Assembly: GCA_036394655.1 (NCBI GenBank)
Contig: DASWER010000428.1
Location: forward strand, 1-46,602
Source: Burkholderiales bacterium
GTDB lineage: Bacteria > Pseudomonadota > Gammaproteobacteria > Burkholderiales > SG8-39
Direction: 5' to 3'
Length of the DNA: 46,602 nt
In this document: piece by piece, positions 1 to 14,100 of the stretch
Position numbering within the stretch: position 1 is the stretch's first letter
How the letters are laid out: every line of letters begins with the position of its first letter
The notes under the pieces: model-generated
Seen by the model: only the letters and a program-made list of their open reading frames with translations
Databases searched by the model: none
What the model was told of the DNA's origin: nothing
Made by a program: the position numbers and the translations under genes

Positions 1-444
1 GCGCAGCGCCGCTGCCGTGTCGGTCGTGAAGAAGGGATTGCCGGTTCCGGCGGCGAAGATGACGATCTTGCCCTCCTCCAGATAGCGGATCGCCTTGCCG
101 CGGATGTAGGGCTCGACCACCTGCTCGATGTTGAGCGCCGAGAGCGCGCGGCTGGAAATACCCGCCTGGCGCATCGCGTCCTGCAGCGCGAGCGCGTTCA
201 TCACCGTGGCGAGCATCCCCATGTAGTCGGCGGTGGCGCGATCCATCCCGGCCGCGCCCGGCGCGACGCCGCGGAAGATGTTGCCGCCGCCGATCACCAC
301 GCCGATCTCGACGCCGAGGCGCGACACCTGCGCCACCTCGGCGACGATGTTCTCGATCGTCAGGCGGTTGATGCCGTAAGGATCGTCCCCCATCAGGGCT
401 TCGCCCGACAGCTTGAGGAGAATGCGCTTGTATTTCGGCGTCAA
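1..444 (-). CDS. pyrH: UMP kinase, 3' end cut by the window edge
   Basis: My own minus-strand translation from TTG at 444 gives (M)[27 protein letters not shown]...[12 protein letters not shown]. It follows tsf in the conserved rpsB-tsf-pyrH order. It is missing from the ORF track because it runs off the window. Confidence 0.85.
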   Translation of the reverse strand, partial: MTPKYKRILLKLSGEALMGDDPYGINRLTIENIVAEVAQVSRLGVEIGVVIGGGNIFRGVAPGAAGMDRATADYMGMLATVMNALALQDAMRQAGISSRALSALNIEQVVEPYIRGKAIRYLEEGKIVIFAAGTGNPFFTTDTAAALR

Positions 445-457
445 GGCCGCCTGCCGG

Positions 458-1300
458 TCAATGGGCTTTCCCCGCCTGCGCCATCACTTCGGCGGCGAAG
501 TCGCTCGACTTCTTCTCGATACCCTCGCCGACGACGAAGAACGCGTAGCTATTCACTTTTGCCTTCTTTGCCGCGAGCATCTTCTCCACCGTCTGCTTGT
601 CGTCCTTGACGAAAGGCTGGCCCATGAGGCTGATCTCGCCGAGGAACTTGTTGACGGCGCCTTCGACCATCTTGGCGACGATCTCGGGCGGCTTGCCGGA
701 TTCCCTGGCGCGCGCCTCGTGAATTCTTCTTTCGCTATTCAAAACATCGGCGGGCACTTCGGCCTTGGTCATGTGCCGCGGTTTGGCGAACGCGATGTGC
801 ATCGCGACGTCCTTGCCCACTTCCTCCGGGCCTTCGTAGTCCACCAGCACGCCGATCTTTGCGCCGTGCAGGTACAGCGCGAGCTTGCCCTTGGCCTGAA
901 GGCGCTTCCAGCGTCGGATGCTGATGTTCTCGCCGAGCTTCTGCACCAGCTTCTGGCGCTTGTCCTCCTCGGCGCTGCCGGGATCGCGCGTCGCCGCGAT
1001 TTCGGCGAGCGAGCTGGCGAACGCGACGAACTCGTCGTTCTTGGCGACGAAATCGGTCTCGGAGTTGAGCTCGACGAGCGCGCCGAGCTTTGCGTCCGCG
1101 GCCACCCAAGCGCCGATCACGCCTTCGGCCGCGATGCGGCCCGCCGCCTTGCTCGCCTTGGCGCCGCTCTTGATGCGCAGCAGCTCCTCGGCCTTGCGCA
1201 GGTCGCCCTCGCACTCGGTCAAGGCTTTCTTGCACTCCATCATTCCCAGGCCGGTGAGCTCGCGCAGCTCCTTCACCAGTCCTGCACTGATATCCGCCAT
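458..1300 (-). CDS. tsf: Translation elongation factor Ts
   Basis: 280 aa starting [27 protein letters not shown], the typical EF-Ts N-terminus. AGGAG lies upstream of the ATG, and the gene sits between rpsB and pyrH. Confidence 0.95.
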   Translation of the reverse strand: MADISAGLVKELRELTGLGMMECKKALTECEGDLRKAEELLRIKSGAKASKAAGRIAAEGVIGAWVAADAKLGALVELNSETDFVAKNDEFVAFASSLAEIAATRDPGSAEEDKRQKLVQKLGENISIRRWKRLQAKGKLALYLHGAKIGVLVDYEGPEEVGKDVAMHIAFAKPRHMTKAEVPADVLNSERRIHEARARESGKPPEIVAKMVEGAVNKFLGEISLMGQPFVKDDKQTVEKMLAAKKAKVNSYAFFVVGEGIEKKSSDFAAEVMAQAGKAH

Positions 1301-1323
1301 TACCGATTGCTCCTAACAGGTTG

Positions 1324-1349
1324 AAAAAAAGGGGCCGCAGCCCCTTTTT
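1324..1349 (-). terminator. Intergenic GC hairpin with U-tract between rpsB and tsf (attenuator or partial terminator)
   Basis: Stem GGGGC/GCCCC at 1331..1345. On the minus strand it is followed by TTTTTTT (complement of the A-run 1324..1330); the plus strand also has TTTTT. Confidence 0.55.
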
Positions 1350-1369
1350 GCTCTCGATCCGGCAGGGGA

Positions 1370-2119
1370 CTAGCGCGCCGCCGCATCCTCTTCCACCTCG
1401 ACGAACTCGTCGCGCGAGGCGGCGACCACCTCTTCCAGCGACTGGCTGCGGCCTTCGAGCACCGCGTCGGCCATGCCGCGCGCGTAGAGACGGATGGCGC
1501 GGCTCGAGTCGTCGTTGCCCGGGATGATGTAATCGATGCCCTCGGGCGAATGGTTGGTGTCGACCACCCCGATCACCGGCACGCCGAGCTTCACCGCTTC
1601 GGCGATGGCGCCTTTCTGGTAGCCGACGTCGATGACGAACAGCGCATCGGGCAGCGCCGCCAGGTCCTTGATGCCGCCGAGCGAGCGCTGCAGCTTCTGC
1701 ATCTCGCGCGTGAGCCCGAGCGCTTCTTTCTTCGAGATCCGCTCGAAGCTGCCGTCCTGCTGCATCTGCTCCATCTCCTTCAGACGCTTGATGGACTGCT
1801 TGACGGTCTTGAAGTTCGTCAGCATGCCGCCGAGCCAGCGATGGTCGACGAACGGCATCTGGCAGCGCAGCGCCTCCTCGCGCACGATCTCGCGCGCCTG
1901 GCGCTTGGTGCCGACGAACAGCAGCGTGCCCCGGTTGGCGGCGAGCTGGCGCGCGAACTTGAGCGCGTCCTGGTACATCGCCAGCGTCTTCTCGAGGTTG
2001 ATGATGTGAATCTTGTTGCGGTGGCCGAAAATGAACGGCGCCATCTTCGGGTTCCAGTACCGGGTCTGATGTCCGAAATGGACCCCGGCTTCCAGCATCT
2101 GACGCATCGTGACCGACAC
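1370..2119 (-). CDS. rpsB: 30S ribosomal protein S2
   Basis: 249 aa starting [29 protein letters not shown] start at 2119 is preceded by AAGGAG. Confidence 0.95.
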   Translation of the reverse strand: MSVTMRQMLEAGVHFGHQTRYWNPKMAPFIFGHRNKIHIINLEKTLAMYQDALKFARQLAANRGTLLFVGTKRQAREIVREEALRCQMPFVDHRWLGGMLTNFKTVKQSIKRLKEMEQMQQDGSFERISKKEALGLTREMQKLQRSLGGIKDLAALPDALFVIDVGYQKGAIAEAVKLGVPVIGVVDTNHSPEGIDYIIPGNDDSSRAIRLYARGMADAVLEGRSQSLEEVVAASRDEFVEVEEDAAAR

Positions 2120-2248
2120 TCAAAATCTCCTTAGGGTTAGGTCTGCGCCGCGCTCAAGAAACCCCAGTGGGGCACCCTAGTCCGAGCGGGCGGGAAATTT
2201 GGCTCAAGCCTGCGTGAGCCAGCCCGAAATCATAGCATAATCAGGCTA

Positions 2249-3040
2249 ATGCCCGTAGTTCTGAAGACCGCCGAGGAGCTTGCGCGCATGCGCATCGCCG
2301 GCCGCCTCGCCTCGGAAGTGCTCGATTTCATTACCCCGTACGTCAAGCCCGGCGTCACTACGGGGAAGCTGAACGACCTTTGCCACGACTACATGGTGAA
2401 CGAGCAAGGCACGGTGCCGGCGCCGCTCAACTACGCCCCGCCGGGCTACAAGCCGTTTCCGAAATCCATTTGCACCTCGGTGAACCACCAGGTGTGCCAC
2501 GGCGTTCCAGGAGACCGGGTGCTCAAGCCGGCCGACGTGCTCAACATCGACATCACCGTGATCAAGGACGGTTATCACGGCGACTGCAGCCGCATGTTCT
2601 ATGTCGGCGAGCCGAGCATCCAGGCGCGCCGCCTGGTCGACGTCACCTTCGAATGCATGTGGCGCGGCATCCAGGCCGTGCGCCCCGGCGCGCGGCTCGG
2701 TGACATCGGCGCCGCGATCCAGGCGCACGCGGAGAGCCACGGTTTCTCCGTGGTGCGGGAGTTCTGCGGGCACGGCATCGGCCGCAAATTCCACGAGGAG
2801 CCGCAAGTCCTGCACTACGGCAAGGCCGGCACCGGCCTTGCCCTGCAGGCCGGCATGACCTTTACCGTCGAACCGATGATCAATGCGGGCAAGCCCGGGA
2901 TCCGCGAGCTGGCCGACGGCTGGACCATCGTCACCAAGGACCACAGCCTCTCGGCGCAATGGGAGCACACCGTGGCCGTGACCGAGCAAGGCTTCGAGGT
3001 GCTGACGCTCTCGGCCGGCGCGCCGCCGGCACGGGCGTGA
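2249..3040 (+). CDS. map: Methionine aminopeptidase, type I
   Basis: 263 aa with NHQVCHGVPGD, DITVIKDGYHGD, FCGHGIG and TVEPMI, the metal-ligand motifs of MetAP. Confidence 0.93.
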   Translation: MPVVLKTAEELARMRIAGRLASEVLDFITPYVKPGVTTGKLNDLCHDYMVNEQGTVPAPLNYAPPGYKPFPKSICTSVNHQVCHGVPGDRVLKPADVLNIDITVIKDGYHGDCSRMFYVGEPSIQARRLVDVTFECMWRGIQAVRPGARLGDIGAAIQAHAESHGFSVVREFCGHGIGRKFHEEPQVLHYGKAGTGLALQAGMTFTVEPMINAGKPGIRELADGWTIVTKDHSLSAQWEHTVAVTEQGFEVLTLSAGAPPARA

Positions 3041-5613
3041 CCGCGGCAAGCCTGCGCGAGCAGGTGGCGGCCGAACGCGCCGCGTTGCGCGCGGCCTATC
3101 TCGCGCGACCGAATCCGCGGCGCCTGCTCAAGGCCCACGCGCAGCTCATCGATCGCGCCGTGAAGTCGGTGCCCGGCCTGCCCGACGGCGCGGCACTCGT
3201 CGCCACCGGCGGCTATGGCCGCGGCGAGCTCTACCCGGCCTCCGATATCGACCTCCTGGTGCTCCTCGCGCGGGAGCCCACCACCGCCGAGCGCGAGTCG
3301 CTGGAGCGCCTGATTGGTACTTTCTGGGACGTCGGCCTCGAGATCGGCCATAGCGTGCGCACCGTCGAGGGCTGCATCCAGGCGGCGGCCGAAGACGTCA
3401 CGGTACGCACCACGCTGCTCGAATCGCGCTACCTCTCCGGCAGCCGCGCGCTGTTTCGCAAGCTCGAGCAAGCGCTCGGCCGGGCCTCAGACCCGGCGGC
3501 GTTCCTCAAGGCAAAGAAACTCGAGCAGGAGCAGCGCCACGCCAAGCACCAGGACACGCCCTACTCCCTCGAGCCGAACCTCAAGGAAGCTCCCGGCGGC
3601 CTGCGCGACCTGCAGGTGATCCAGTGGATCGCGCTCGCCGCGGGCCTCGGCCGGCGCTGGAGCGACCTGGTCGCGCAGCGCCTGATCGAGCGGGATGAAG
3701 CGCGGCAGCTCGCGAAGGGCGAAGCGCTGCTGCAGGACATGCGCATTCGGCTCCACTACCTCGCCGGCCGCCGCGAGGACCGCCTGGTGTTCGACGTGCA
3801 GACCGCGCTCGCCGCGCAGCTCGGCTATCGCGACAGCGCGAACCGGCGCGCAAGCGAAGCGATGATGCAGCGCTACTACCAGACGGCGAAGGGCGTGACG
3901 CAGCTCAACACCATCGTTCTGCAGAACCTGGAGGAGCGCCTTGCGCCCGAGCCCGACGTCGCGCCGCGAGCGCTCAACGAGCGCTTTCGCATCCGGGGCG
4001 AGCGGCTGGAAATCGTGCGCGAAGACCTGTTCGACGAGCAGCCGCTTGCGATTCTCGAAAGCTTCCTGCTGCTGATGCAGCACCAGGAGCTGCGCGGCAT
4101 GACCGCGCCCACGTTGCGCGCCCTGTATCGGGCGCGCGGCCGCATCAATGCCCGCTTTCGCGGCGACCCGCTGGCGCGGCTCATGTTCCTGCACATCCTG
4201 CAGCAGCCGCGCGGCATCGTGCACGAGTTCCGCCGCATGAACCAGTACGGCATCCTCGGCCGCTACCTGCCGGAGTTCGGCCGCATCGTCGGGCAGATGC
4301 AGCACGATCTGTTCCACGTCTACACGGTCGACCAGCACATCCTGATGGTGGTGCGCAACCTGCGACGCTTCACGCAGCCCGAGTTCGCGCACGAATATCC
4401 GCTGTGCAGCGAGCTGATGAGCGGCTTCGAGCGGCGCTGGCTGCTGTACATCGCCGCGCTCTACCACGACATCGCCAAGGGCCGCGGCGGCGACCATTCG
4501 CATCTCGGCTCCTCCGACGCGCGCAGCTTCGCCACGCGGCATGGCCTCGCCAAGGAGGACCGCGAACTGGTCGAGTTCCTGGTCGAGAACCATCTCCTGA
4601 TGTCGCACGTCGCGCAGAAGCAGGATGTCTACGATCCCGAGGTGCTGCGGGCGTTCGCCGACAAGGTGCAGACCGAGCGCCGGCTGGTCGCCCTGTACCT
4701 GCTCACCGTGGCCGATGTGCGCGGCACCAGCCCCAAGGTCTGGAATGCCTGGAAGGGCAAGCTGCTCGAGGACCTGTACCGCGCCACGCGCCGGGTGCTG
4801 ACCGGCGAGCCGATCGCGCGCGACGCGGCGCTTGCCGAAAAGCAGGCCGAGGCGACGCGGCTATTGCGCCTCTATGCCCTGTCGGATGCGGTCAAAGACC
4901 GGCTCTGGGCGAGCCTCGACATCACCTACTTCCTGCGCCACGACGCGCAGGAGATCGCCTGGCATACGCGCAACCTCCACTACCGCGTGGACAGCGACAA
5001 GCCGGTGGTGAAAGCACGCCTTGCCGCGTTCGGCGAGGGGCTGCAGGTGATGATCTACACGCGCGATCGCGAGACGCTGTTTGCGCGCATCAGCGGCTAT
5101 TTCGACCGCGCCGGGTTCAACATCGCGGAGGCGAAGGTCCACACCACGCGCAACGGCTACGCGCTCGACACCTTCGTCGTAATGGGCCAGGGGCGCGACG
5201 CGCACTACCAGGACCGCATCGCCATGATCGAGGCCGAGCTTGCCGAGGAGCTGAAGTCCGATGCGCCGCTGCCGCCGCCGCGCGGCGGACGGCTTTCCCG
5301 CCGCGTGCGCCATTTCCCGATCTCGCCTGCCGTCGACATCCGGCCCGACGAGCGCGGCGCCTACCAGGTGCTCTCCATCGTCGCGAGCGACCGGCCGGGC
5401 CTGCTCTACGGCGTCGCGCGCATCCTGGCGCAGCACCACATCAGCCTGCAGACGGCGCGCATCAATACGCTCGGCGATCGCGTGGAGGACGTCTTTCTCG
5501 TGACCGGCGAAGCGCTCGCGGCGCCGAAGACCGTGCTGCACCTGGAGCAGGAGCTGCTGCAGGAGCTCAGTCTTCCGCAGGCAGCTCCTGCCCCGGAAAC
5601 AGCGCTTCATTGA
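3037..5613 (+). CDS. glnD: Bifunctional [protein-PII] uridylyltransferase/uridylyl-removing enzyme
   Basis: Frame of ORF 2959..5613. I place the start at GTG 3037, which overlaps the map stop (GTGA). Motifs are [19 protein letters not shown] (nucleotidyltransferase), LYHDIAKG (HD domain) and two ACT-like C-terminal repeats. Confidence 0.9.
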   Translation: MTAASLREQVAAERAALRAAYLARPNPRRLLKAHAQLIDRAVKSVPGLPDGAALVATGGYGRGELYPASDIDLLVLLAREPTTAERESLERLIGTFWDVGLEIGHSVRTVEGCIQAAAEDVTVRTTLLESRYLSGSRALFRKLEQALGRASDPAAFLKAKKLEQEQRHAKHQDTPYSLEPNLKEAPGGLRDLQVIQWIALAAGLGRRWSDLVAQRLIERDEARQLAKGEALLQDMRIRLHYLAGRREDRLVFDVQTALAAQLGYRDSANRRASEAMMQRYYQTAKGVTQLNTIVLQNLEERLAPEPDVAPRALNERFRIRGERLEIVREDLFDEQPLAILESFLLLMQHQELRGMTAPTLRALYRARGRINARFRGDPLARLMFLHILQQPRGIVHEFRRMNQYGILGRYLPEFGRIVGQMQHDLFHVYTVDQHILMVVRNLRRFTQPEFAHEYPLCSELMSGFERRWLLYIAALYHDIAKGRGGDHSHLGSSDARSFATRHGLAKEDRELVEFLVENHLLMSHVAQKQDVYDPEVLRAFADKVQTERRLVALYLLTVADVRGTSPKVWNAWKGKLLEDLYRATRRVLTGEPIARDAALAEKQAEATRLLRLYALSDAVKDRLWASLDITYFLRHDAQEIAWHTRNLHYRVDSDKPVVKARLAAFGEGLQVMIYTRDRETLFARISGYFDRAGFNIAEAKVHTTRNGYALDTFVVMGQGRDAHYQDRIAMIEAELAEELKSDAPLPPPRGGRLSRRVRHFPISPAVDIRPDERGAYQVLSIVASDRPGLLYGVARILAQHHISLQTARINTLGDRVEDVFLVTGEALAAPKTVLHLEQELLQELSLPQAAPAPETALH

Positions 5614-6100
5614 AGCCGAATTTTGTAAGGTCCCGGATGCGCATCGGATAGAGGATGCCGTCGAGGTGGTCGACCTCGTGCTGCACCACGCGCGCATGGA
5701 AGTCGGCGACTTCGCGCTCGAAGCGCTGGCCTTTTTCGTCGTAGCCGGAATAGCGCAGGCGCCGGTACCGCGGCACCCAACCGCGCATCCCGGGCACCGA
5801 CAGGCAGCCCTCCCAGCCTTCCTCCTGCTCCTCGCCGAGCGGCGTGAGCACCGGATTGATGAGCACCGTATCGGGCACTTCCTCGACGTCGGGGTAGCGC
5901 GGATTCGCATGCACGCCGAAGATCACCACGCGCAAGCCGACGCCGATCTGCGGCGCGGCGAGCCCGGCGCCGTTGAGGTGCGCCATGGTGTCGCGCATGT
6001 CGGTCAACAAGGCCTCGAGCTCCGGCGTGCCGAAGGCGCGCACTTCCTGCGAGCGCTCGAGAAGCCGTGGATCGCCCATGCGCAGAACTTCCCGGATCAT
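5567..6100 (-). CDS. def: Peptide deformylase
   Basis: Last 177 aa of ORF 5567..6628, carrying [18 protein letters not shown] and [12 protein letters not shown] 6100 overlaps the upstream stop (ATGA). Confidence 0.92.
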   Translation of the reverse strand: MIREVLRMGDPRLLERSQEVRAFGTPELEALLTDMRDTMAHLNGAGLAAPQIGVGLRVVIFGVHANPRYPDVEEVPDTVLINPVLTPLGEEQEEGWEGCLSVPGMRGWVPRYRRLRYSGYDEKGQRFEREVADFHARVVQHEVDHLDGILYPMRIRDLTKFGFNEALFPGQELPAED

Positions 6101-6831
6101 TTGCAGAGCTGCTCGATGATGCGCCGCACCCGCCCCATCGCTTCCTCGAGCACCGCGCCGATCTTGTCGAGCGGCACGGCGCGCTGGCTGTCGCCGCGAC
6201 CCGCGGCGTAATTCGCCACCACCGCGATCGCCGCGTATTCGAGGCTGATCTCGCGCGCAAGCGCCGCCTCCGGCATGCCGGTCATGCCGACCAGATCCGC
6301 GCCATCGCGCTCCAGCCGATCGATCTCGGCCGCGGTCTCGAGCCGCGGGCCCTGCGTGGCGGCATAGACGCCACGCTCGGTGACGGCTTCGCCACAGGCC
6401 TTCGCCGCCGCGGTGAGCTTGGCCCGCAGCGTGCGCGAGTACGGCTCCGTGAAGTCGATGTGATTCACCGGCGCGCCCTTGCCCTCGAAGTAGGTGGCCG
6501 GGCGGCCCCACGTGTAGTCGATCACCTGGTGCGGCAGCACCAGCGCGCCCGGCGCGAGCCTGGCGGCGATCGCGCCGACCGACGCGACCGAGACCACTTC
6601 GCCGGCGCCAGCGTCCTTGAGCGCCCACAGGTTGGCGCGGTAGTTCACCTCATGCGGCGCGATGGTGTGGCCATAGCCGTGGCGCGCGAGGAACACCACG
6701 TCGCAGCCGCCGATGCGCCCGAAGGTCAGCGCGCCGGAGGGCTCGCCGTAAGGCGTGCGCGACACCTTGCGCCGCGTGATTTCCATGTTGCCGAGCTTCG
6801 AGAGCCCGCTGCCGCCGATGATCGCGAGCAC
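6097..6831 (-). CDS. mtnP: MTAP-family purine nucleoside phosphorylase (S-methyl-5'-thioadenosine or -thioinosine phosphorylase)
   Basis: Frame of ORF 6097..7014, with the start placed at GTG 6831, 4 nt after the hpt stop. Sequence reads (V)LAIIGGSGL...[14 protein letters not shown], typical of MTAP-like enzymes. Confidence 0.8.
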   Translation of the reverse strand: MLAIIGGSGLSKLGNMEITRRKVSRTPYGEPSGALTFGRIGGCDVVFLARHGYGHTIAPHEVNYRANLWALKDAGAGEVVSVASVGAIAARLAPGALVLPHQVIDYTWGRPATYFEGKGAPVNHIDFTEPYSRTLRAKLTAAAKACGEAVTERGVYAATQGPRLETAAEIDRLERDGADLVGMTGMPEAALAREISLEYAAIAVVANYAAGRGDSQRAVPLDKIGAVLEEAMGRVRRIIEQLCK

Positions 6832-6835
6832 CGCC

Positions 6836-7384
6836 TCAGGTTCCTCGCATGGCGCGGATCTCGGGCAGGTTGCGCCAGTAGCCTTTTGCGTCCATGCCGT
6901 AGCCGAAGACGAAGCGATCCTCGACACGCAGGCCGACGAAGTCGGCGCGGATCGGCTTGGGCCGGCGCAGGGTCTTCTCGACCAGCACTGCGCAGTGGAA
7001 GCTCGCCGCGCCAAGCTGCATCAGGCGCTCGCGAATCGCCGCCATCGTGTGGCCGCCGTCGAGGATGTCGTCAAGCACCAGCACCGCGCGACCGCGCGCG
7101 CTGGCCGGCGGCGTTACGCGCCAGTCGACATTCGCGCCGCGCGTCTCCGCGCCGTAGCGCGAGGCATGGATATAGTCGAAGTCGAGCGGGAAGCGCAGCA
7201 GCGGCAGGATCTGCCCGGCGAAGATCACGGCGCCGCCCATTACGGCGAGCACCAAGGGGTAACTTTCTCCCAGGTGCTGGTTCACCTCGGCGGCGACGCG
7301 CTGCAGGGCGGCCTGCACCTCCTCGGCGCTCGCGATCGGGTCAGATTCCTCGAGAAAGCGCCAAGCTTGCTTGACGTTGGTCAT
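6836..7384 (-). CDS. hpt: Hypoxanthine-guanine phosphoribosyltransferase-like
   Basis: 182 aa with the PRPP loop VLVLDDILDGGHTM. Overall layout resembles type I purine PRTases. Confidence 0.8.
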   Translation of the reverse strand: MTNVKQAWRFLEESDPIASAEEVQAALQRVAAEVNQHLGESYPLVLAVMGGAVIFAGQILPLLRFPLDFDYIHASRYGAETRGANVDWRVTPPASARGRAVLVLDDILDGGHTMAAIRERLMQLGAASFHCAVLVEKTLRRPKPIRADFVGLRVEDRFVFGYGMDAKGYWRNLPEIRAMRGT

Positions 7385-7394
7385 GCGGCTGAGT

Positions 7395-8257
7395 CTAGCG
7401 TGACTTGAGATACTGGGCGAAGTCCCGGCCGACCTCGGGATGACGCACGCCGTACTCCACGGTCGCCTGCAGGTAGCCCAGCTTCGAGCCGCAGTCGAAG
7501 CGCCGCCCGGGCAGCCGCACCGCGAGCGCGCGCTCGTGCACCAGCAACTCCGAGATCGCGTCGGTGAGCTGGATCTCGCCGCCCGCGCCGGGGGTCACCT
7601 GGCCAAGGAGCTCGAAGATGCGCGGCGTCAGCACGTAGCGCCCGATCACCGCCAGGTTGGACGGCGCGTCAGCCGGACGCGGCTTTTCCACGATGCTGTG
7701 CAGGCGCGCCGTGTCGCCCTGCATCTTCTCGATGGTGACGATGCCGTAACTCTGCGTCTGGTCGCGCGGCACTTCCTCTACGCCGAGGAGCGACGAGCCC
7801 TCCTTCTCGAAGATCTGCGCCATGCGCGCCATCGCCGGCGGATCGGAGTCGATCAGGTCATCGGCGAGCAGCACCGCGAAAGGATCATTGCCCACCACCG
7901 GCTGAGCGCAGAGCACCGCGTGGCCGAGGCCGAGCGGCTCGGGCTGGCGGATGTAGATGCAGCTCACGCCCTCCGGCAGCACCGAACGCACCTGCGCGAG
8001 CAGCGCGTCCTTGCCCTTCCTCTCGAGCTCGGTCTCGAGCTCGTGGGCCTTGTCGAAGTGGTCCTCGATGGCGCGCTTGTTGCGGCCGGTGACGAAGATC
8101 ATCTCGGTGATGCCGGCGGCCGCCGCCTCCTCGACCGCGTACTGGATGAGCGGCTTGTCGACGATCGGCATCATTTCCTTCGGGCTCGCCTTGGTCACCG
8201 GCAGGAACCGGCTGCCGAATCCGGCCACGGGGAACACTGCTTTTCTCAGCCTGGGCA

Positions 8258-8258
<1 letters not shown>
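7395..8258 (-). CDS. galU: UTP--glucose-1-phosphate uridylyltransferase
   Basis: [25 protein letters not shown]-terminal motif. I prefer ATG 8258 (AAGGAG 5 nt upstream) over the in-frame GTG 8261 used by the ORF track. Confidence 0.9.
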
Positions 8259-11175
<2,917 letters not shown>

Positions 11176-11179
11176 AACC

Positions 11180-14100
11180 TCAGGCTGCGAGCTCCTCCCG
11201 GATGCGCAGCGCCTCGTCGATGTCGACCGCCACCACGCGCGAGACGCCGGACTCGGGCATGGTGACGCCGATCAGCTGCTCGGCGAGTTCCATGGTGATC
11301 TTGTTGTGGCTGATGAACAGGAACTGCGTCTGCGACGACATGCGGCGCACCAGCTCGCAGAAGCGCACCGTGTTGCTGTCGTCCAGGGGGGCGTCGACCT
11401 CGTCCAGCAGGCAGAACGGCGCCGGGTTCAGCTGGAACAGCGAGAACACCAGCGCGATGGCGGTGAGCGCCTTCTCGCCGCCGGAAAGCAGATGGATGCT
11501 GGTGTTGCGCTTGCCCGGCGGCTGCGCCATTACCTGGACGCCGGCATCGAGGATCTCCTCGCCGGTCATCAGGAGCTTGGCCTCGCCGCCGCCGAACAGC
11601 GTCGGGAAGAGCGAGCCGAAATGGCGGTTGACGCTTTCGAAGGTCTCGCGCAACAGCTCGCGCGTCTCGCGGTCGATGCGCCGGATCGCGTCCTCGAGCG
11701 TATGCACCGCCTCGTCCAGGTCTGCCGCCTGCGAATCCAAATAGGCTTTGCGCTCGCGGCTGGTGCGCAGCTCCTCGACCGCCGCCAGGTTGACGGCACC
11801 AAGCTCGCCGATCGATTGGGTGATGCGCGTGATCTCCCCCTGCAGTGCCGCGGGCCGCGGCGCGCCCTCTGCCTCGGTCTTCAGCCGTTCCTCGTCGGCG
11901 CCAGCCTCGCGAAGCTGCGTCGCGAACTGCTCGTAGTTCAGCGTCGCGGCCTGTTCCTTCAGCCGCAGCTCGCCCTGGCGCTCGCGCAGCGGCGCGAGCT
12001 TGGCTTCGATCTGCAGCCGTGCCTCCTCGATCTCGCGCAGCGCGCCTGCGGCCGCCTCGACCGCATTGCGCGCGCCCGCGAGCGTTTTCTCGCAGGCGAT
12101 GCGCGCTTCGACACCGGCGTCCAGCGCCTCGCGCACCGCCGGGATCGGATCGGCGGCGAGCTCTTCGGTGAGCTTCGCCACCTCGAGGTCGCCGCGCTCG
12201 ATCTGCTGGTCGATGACGCGCACCGAGTGGTCGATCTCGGCGATCTTGGAGCCGCACTCGCGCTCGCCGAAGAGCGCGTCCTGCGCCTCGCGCTCGGCCT
12301 GCTGCACCACGCGGCGCTGCTCCGCGAGCGCGCTCTCCGCGCCGATGTGCTCGGTCCTGCGGCTCTCGAGCGCCTCGCGTGCGGCGCCGATCTCGCCGGC
12401 GATGCTCGCGGAGGCGGCTTCGCACGCCGCCAGGGCCTGGCGACCCTGCTCCGCCTGCTCGGCCAGCTCCTCCTGCTCGGCGCGCAGCTGCGCACTGCGC
12501 TCGCGAAAGCGCTCCTGCGCCTGCGCGAGCTTGAGCTGCTCGATCTGGGCGTCGTGCCGCGCCTTTTCCTGCCGGCCGATTTCCAGCCGCGACTCTTCGA
12601 GCGCCGTTTCGCGCTCCAGGCGCTCGCTCTCGGCCTGCTCGAGCGCGCGCTGCGCGGCTTCGAGCCGGCGCGCAAGCCCGGCGCAACGTTCGCCGAGGGC
12701 TTCGATCTCCGCCTGGCGCGCGAGCAGCCCGGCGTCGGCCGGATCCGGCGCGTGGAAGCTCACCGTATGGCGCGTGAATTGATCGCCTTCCCGATTCACC
12801 AGCACGGCACCGGCGGGCAGCGCGGCGCGGGCTTGGGCGTCCGGTCGGCCGTCGGTGACAAACACACCGCTGAGCCAATCCGCCAGCGCACCGCGAATGC
12901 TGTCGTCGAGTGCATGGACCTTCGCCGCGAGCGGCATGCCGCTGGCTGCAATTGAGGTGGTGTCGGCCGCGGCCTCGAACAGGCTGGCCTTGGTCGGCGG
13001 CCGCTCGCCGAAGTCGCTGTCGATGCCCGATTGCAGCGCATGCAACCGCTCGCGCAACACCGCTTCCACGGCGGTTTCCCAGCCCGCATCGATGCGCAGC
13101 TTCTGCCAGAGCTGGGCGGCGCTGCCCAGGCCATGGCGCTCGAGCCATTCGCGCAACGGCGCGTTGTTCTGCACCTCCGCCTGGATCTGGCGCAGGGTCG
13201 AGAGCTGTGCTTCGGCGGCGGCATGCTCGCGTTGCGCGACCCCGACGGCTTCGGCCGCCTGCGCGCTCGATTCCTGAAGCGCGGCACATTCCGCCTGCAG
13301 GGCTTCAAACGCCTGCCGCGCCGCCTCGAGGGAGGCGTCGACCTGGCCAATGCGCCCTTCGAGTTCCCGGAGCGCCGCAGCGTCGGGCTCGGCAAGCGCT
13401 TGCAGCTCGCTGTCGAAGCGCTCGCGCCGCTGCGCCAGCGCCTCGGCCGCGCGCTGCAGGTGCGTACGGTTCGCCTGCTCGAGCTGCAGGCGGCTCTCCG
13501 CCTGCATGAGCTGGCTGCGCCCTTCTGTCAGCCGCTCCTGTGCGGCCCGGAAGGCCTGCTCGGCCTGTGGCAGGCGGGCGTTTTCCTGGTCCAGCCTGTT
13601 TTTGGTCTCGGTTACGCGCTGCTTGGCGCCGCCAGCCCGAGCCGCCCACATGTGGAGCGCCTGCGTAAGCTGCGAGCGCTGCTCGCGCCAGGCCGTGAGC
13701 TGCGTGCCGCGCTCGGTATGCTGGCTCTCCAGGCGCGCGCGCGTCTCTTCCGCGTGCTTGAGCTCCGATTCATGGCGCGCGACTTCGGCGTTGGCCCCAT
13801 AGAGCGCCGCCTGGGCGCTGTTCATGGCGTCGCCCGCCTGGTAGTGCGCAGCGCGCGCCGCCTCCAGGCGTGCCTCCAGCGAGCGCGACTGCGCGTTCTC
13901 GGCCTCGAGCTCATTGGTGACGCGCGCCACCTCGGCGGAATGGCGCTCGCGCTCCGCGCCGGCGTCGCGGCGGCGCAGGTACCACAGGAGATGCTGCTTG
14001 AGCTGCAGGTCGGCGTGCAGCTCCTGGTAGCGCGTCGCCACCTGGGCCTGCGCGTCGAGCTTTTCGATCTGGGCGCCGAGCTCGAGGCGGATATCGGTGA

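Noticed and set aside
735-2123. 462-aa ORF on the minus strand spanning tsf and rpsB in another frame
   Set aside because: Arg/Ala/Gly/Pro-rich with no recognisable motifs. It fully overlaps two unambiguous ribosomal-operon genes, so it is a typical high-GC out-of-frame ORF.
2120-2248. Small hairpins (GGCTCA/TGAGCC at 2201..2220; CCCCA/TGGGG at 2162..2173) in the rpsB/map divergent spacer as a possible S2 autoregulatory leader
   Set aside because: The stems are short, and I cannot match them to the described rpsB leader fold without a covariance-model scan. I leave this as an untested possibility.
6101-6628. N-terminal extension of the def ORF, and similar extensions of scpA (32459..32689), trpS (33661..33795), dapD (15915..16238) and the mtnP frame (6832..7014)
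   Set aside because: The extensions overlap the upstream genes and are R/G/A-rich. The conserved N-termini begin at internal starts located at stop/start junctions.
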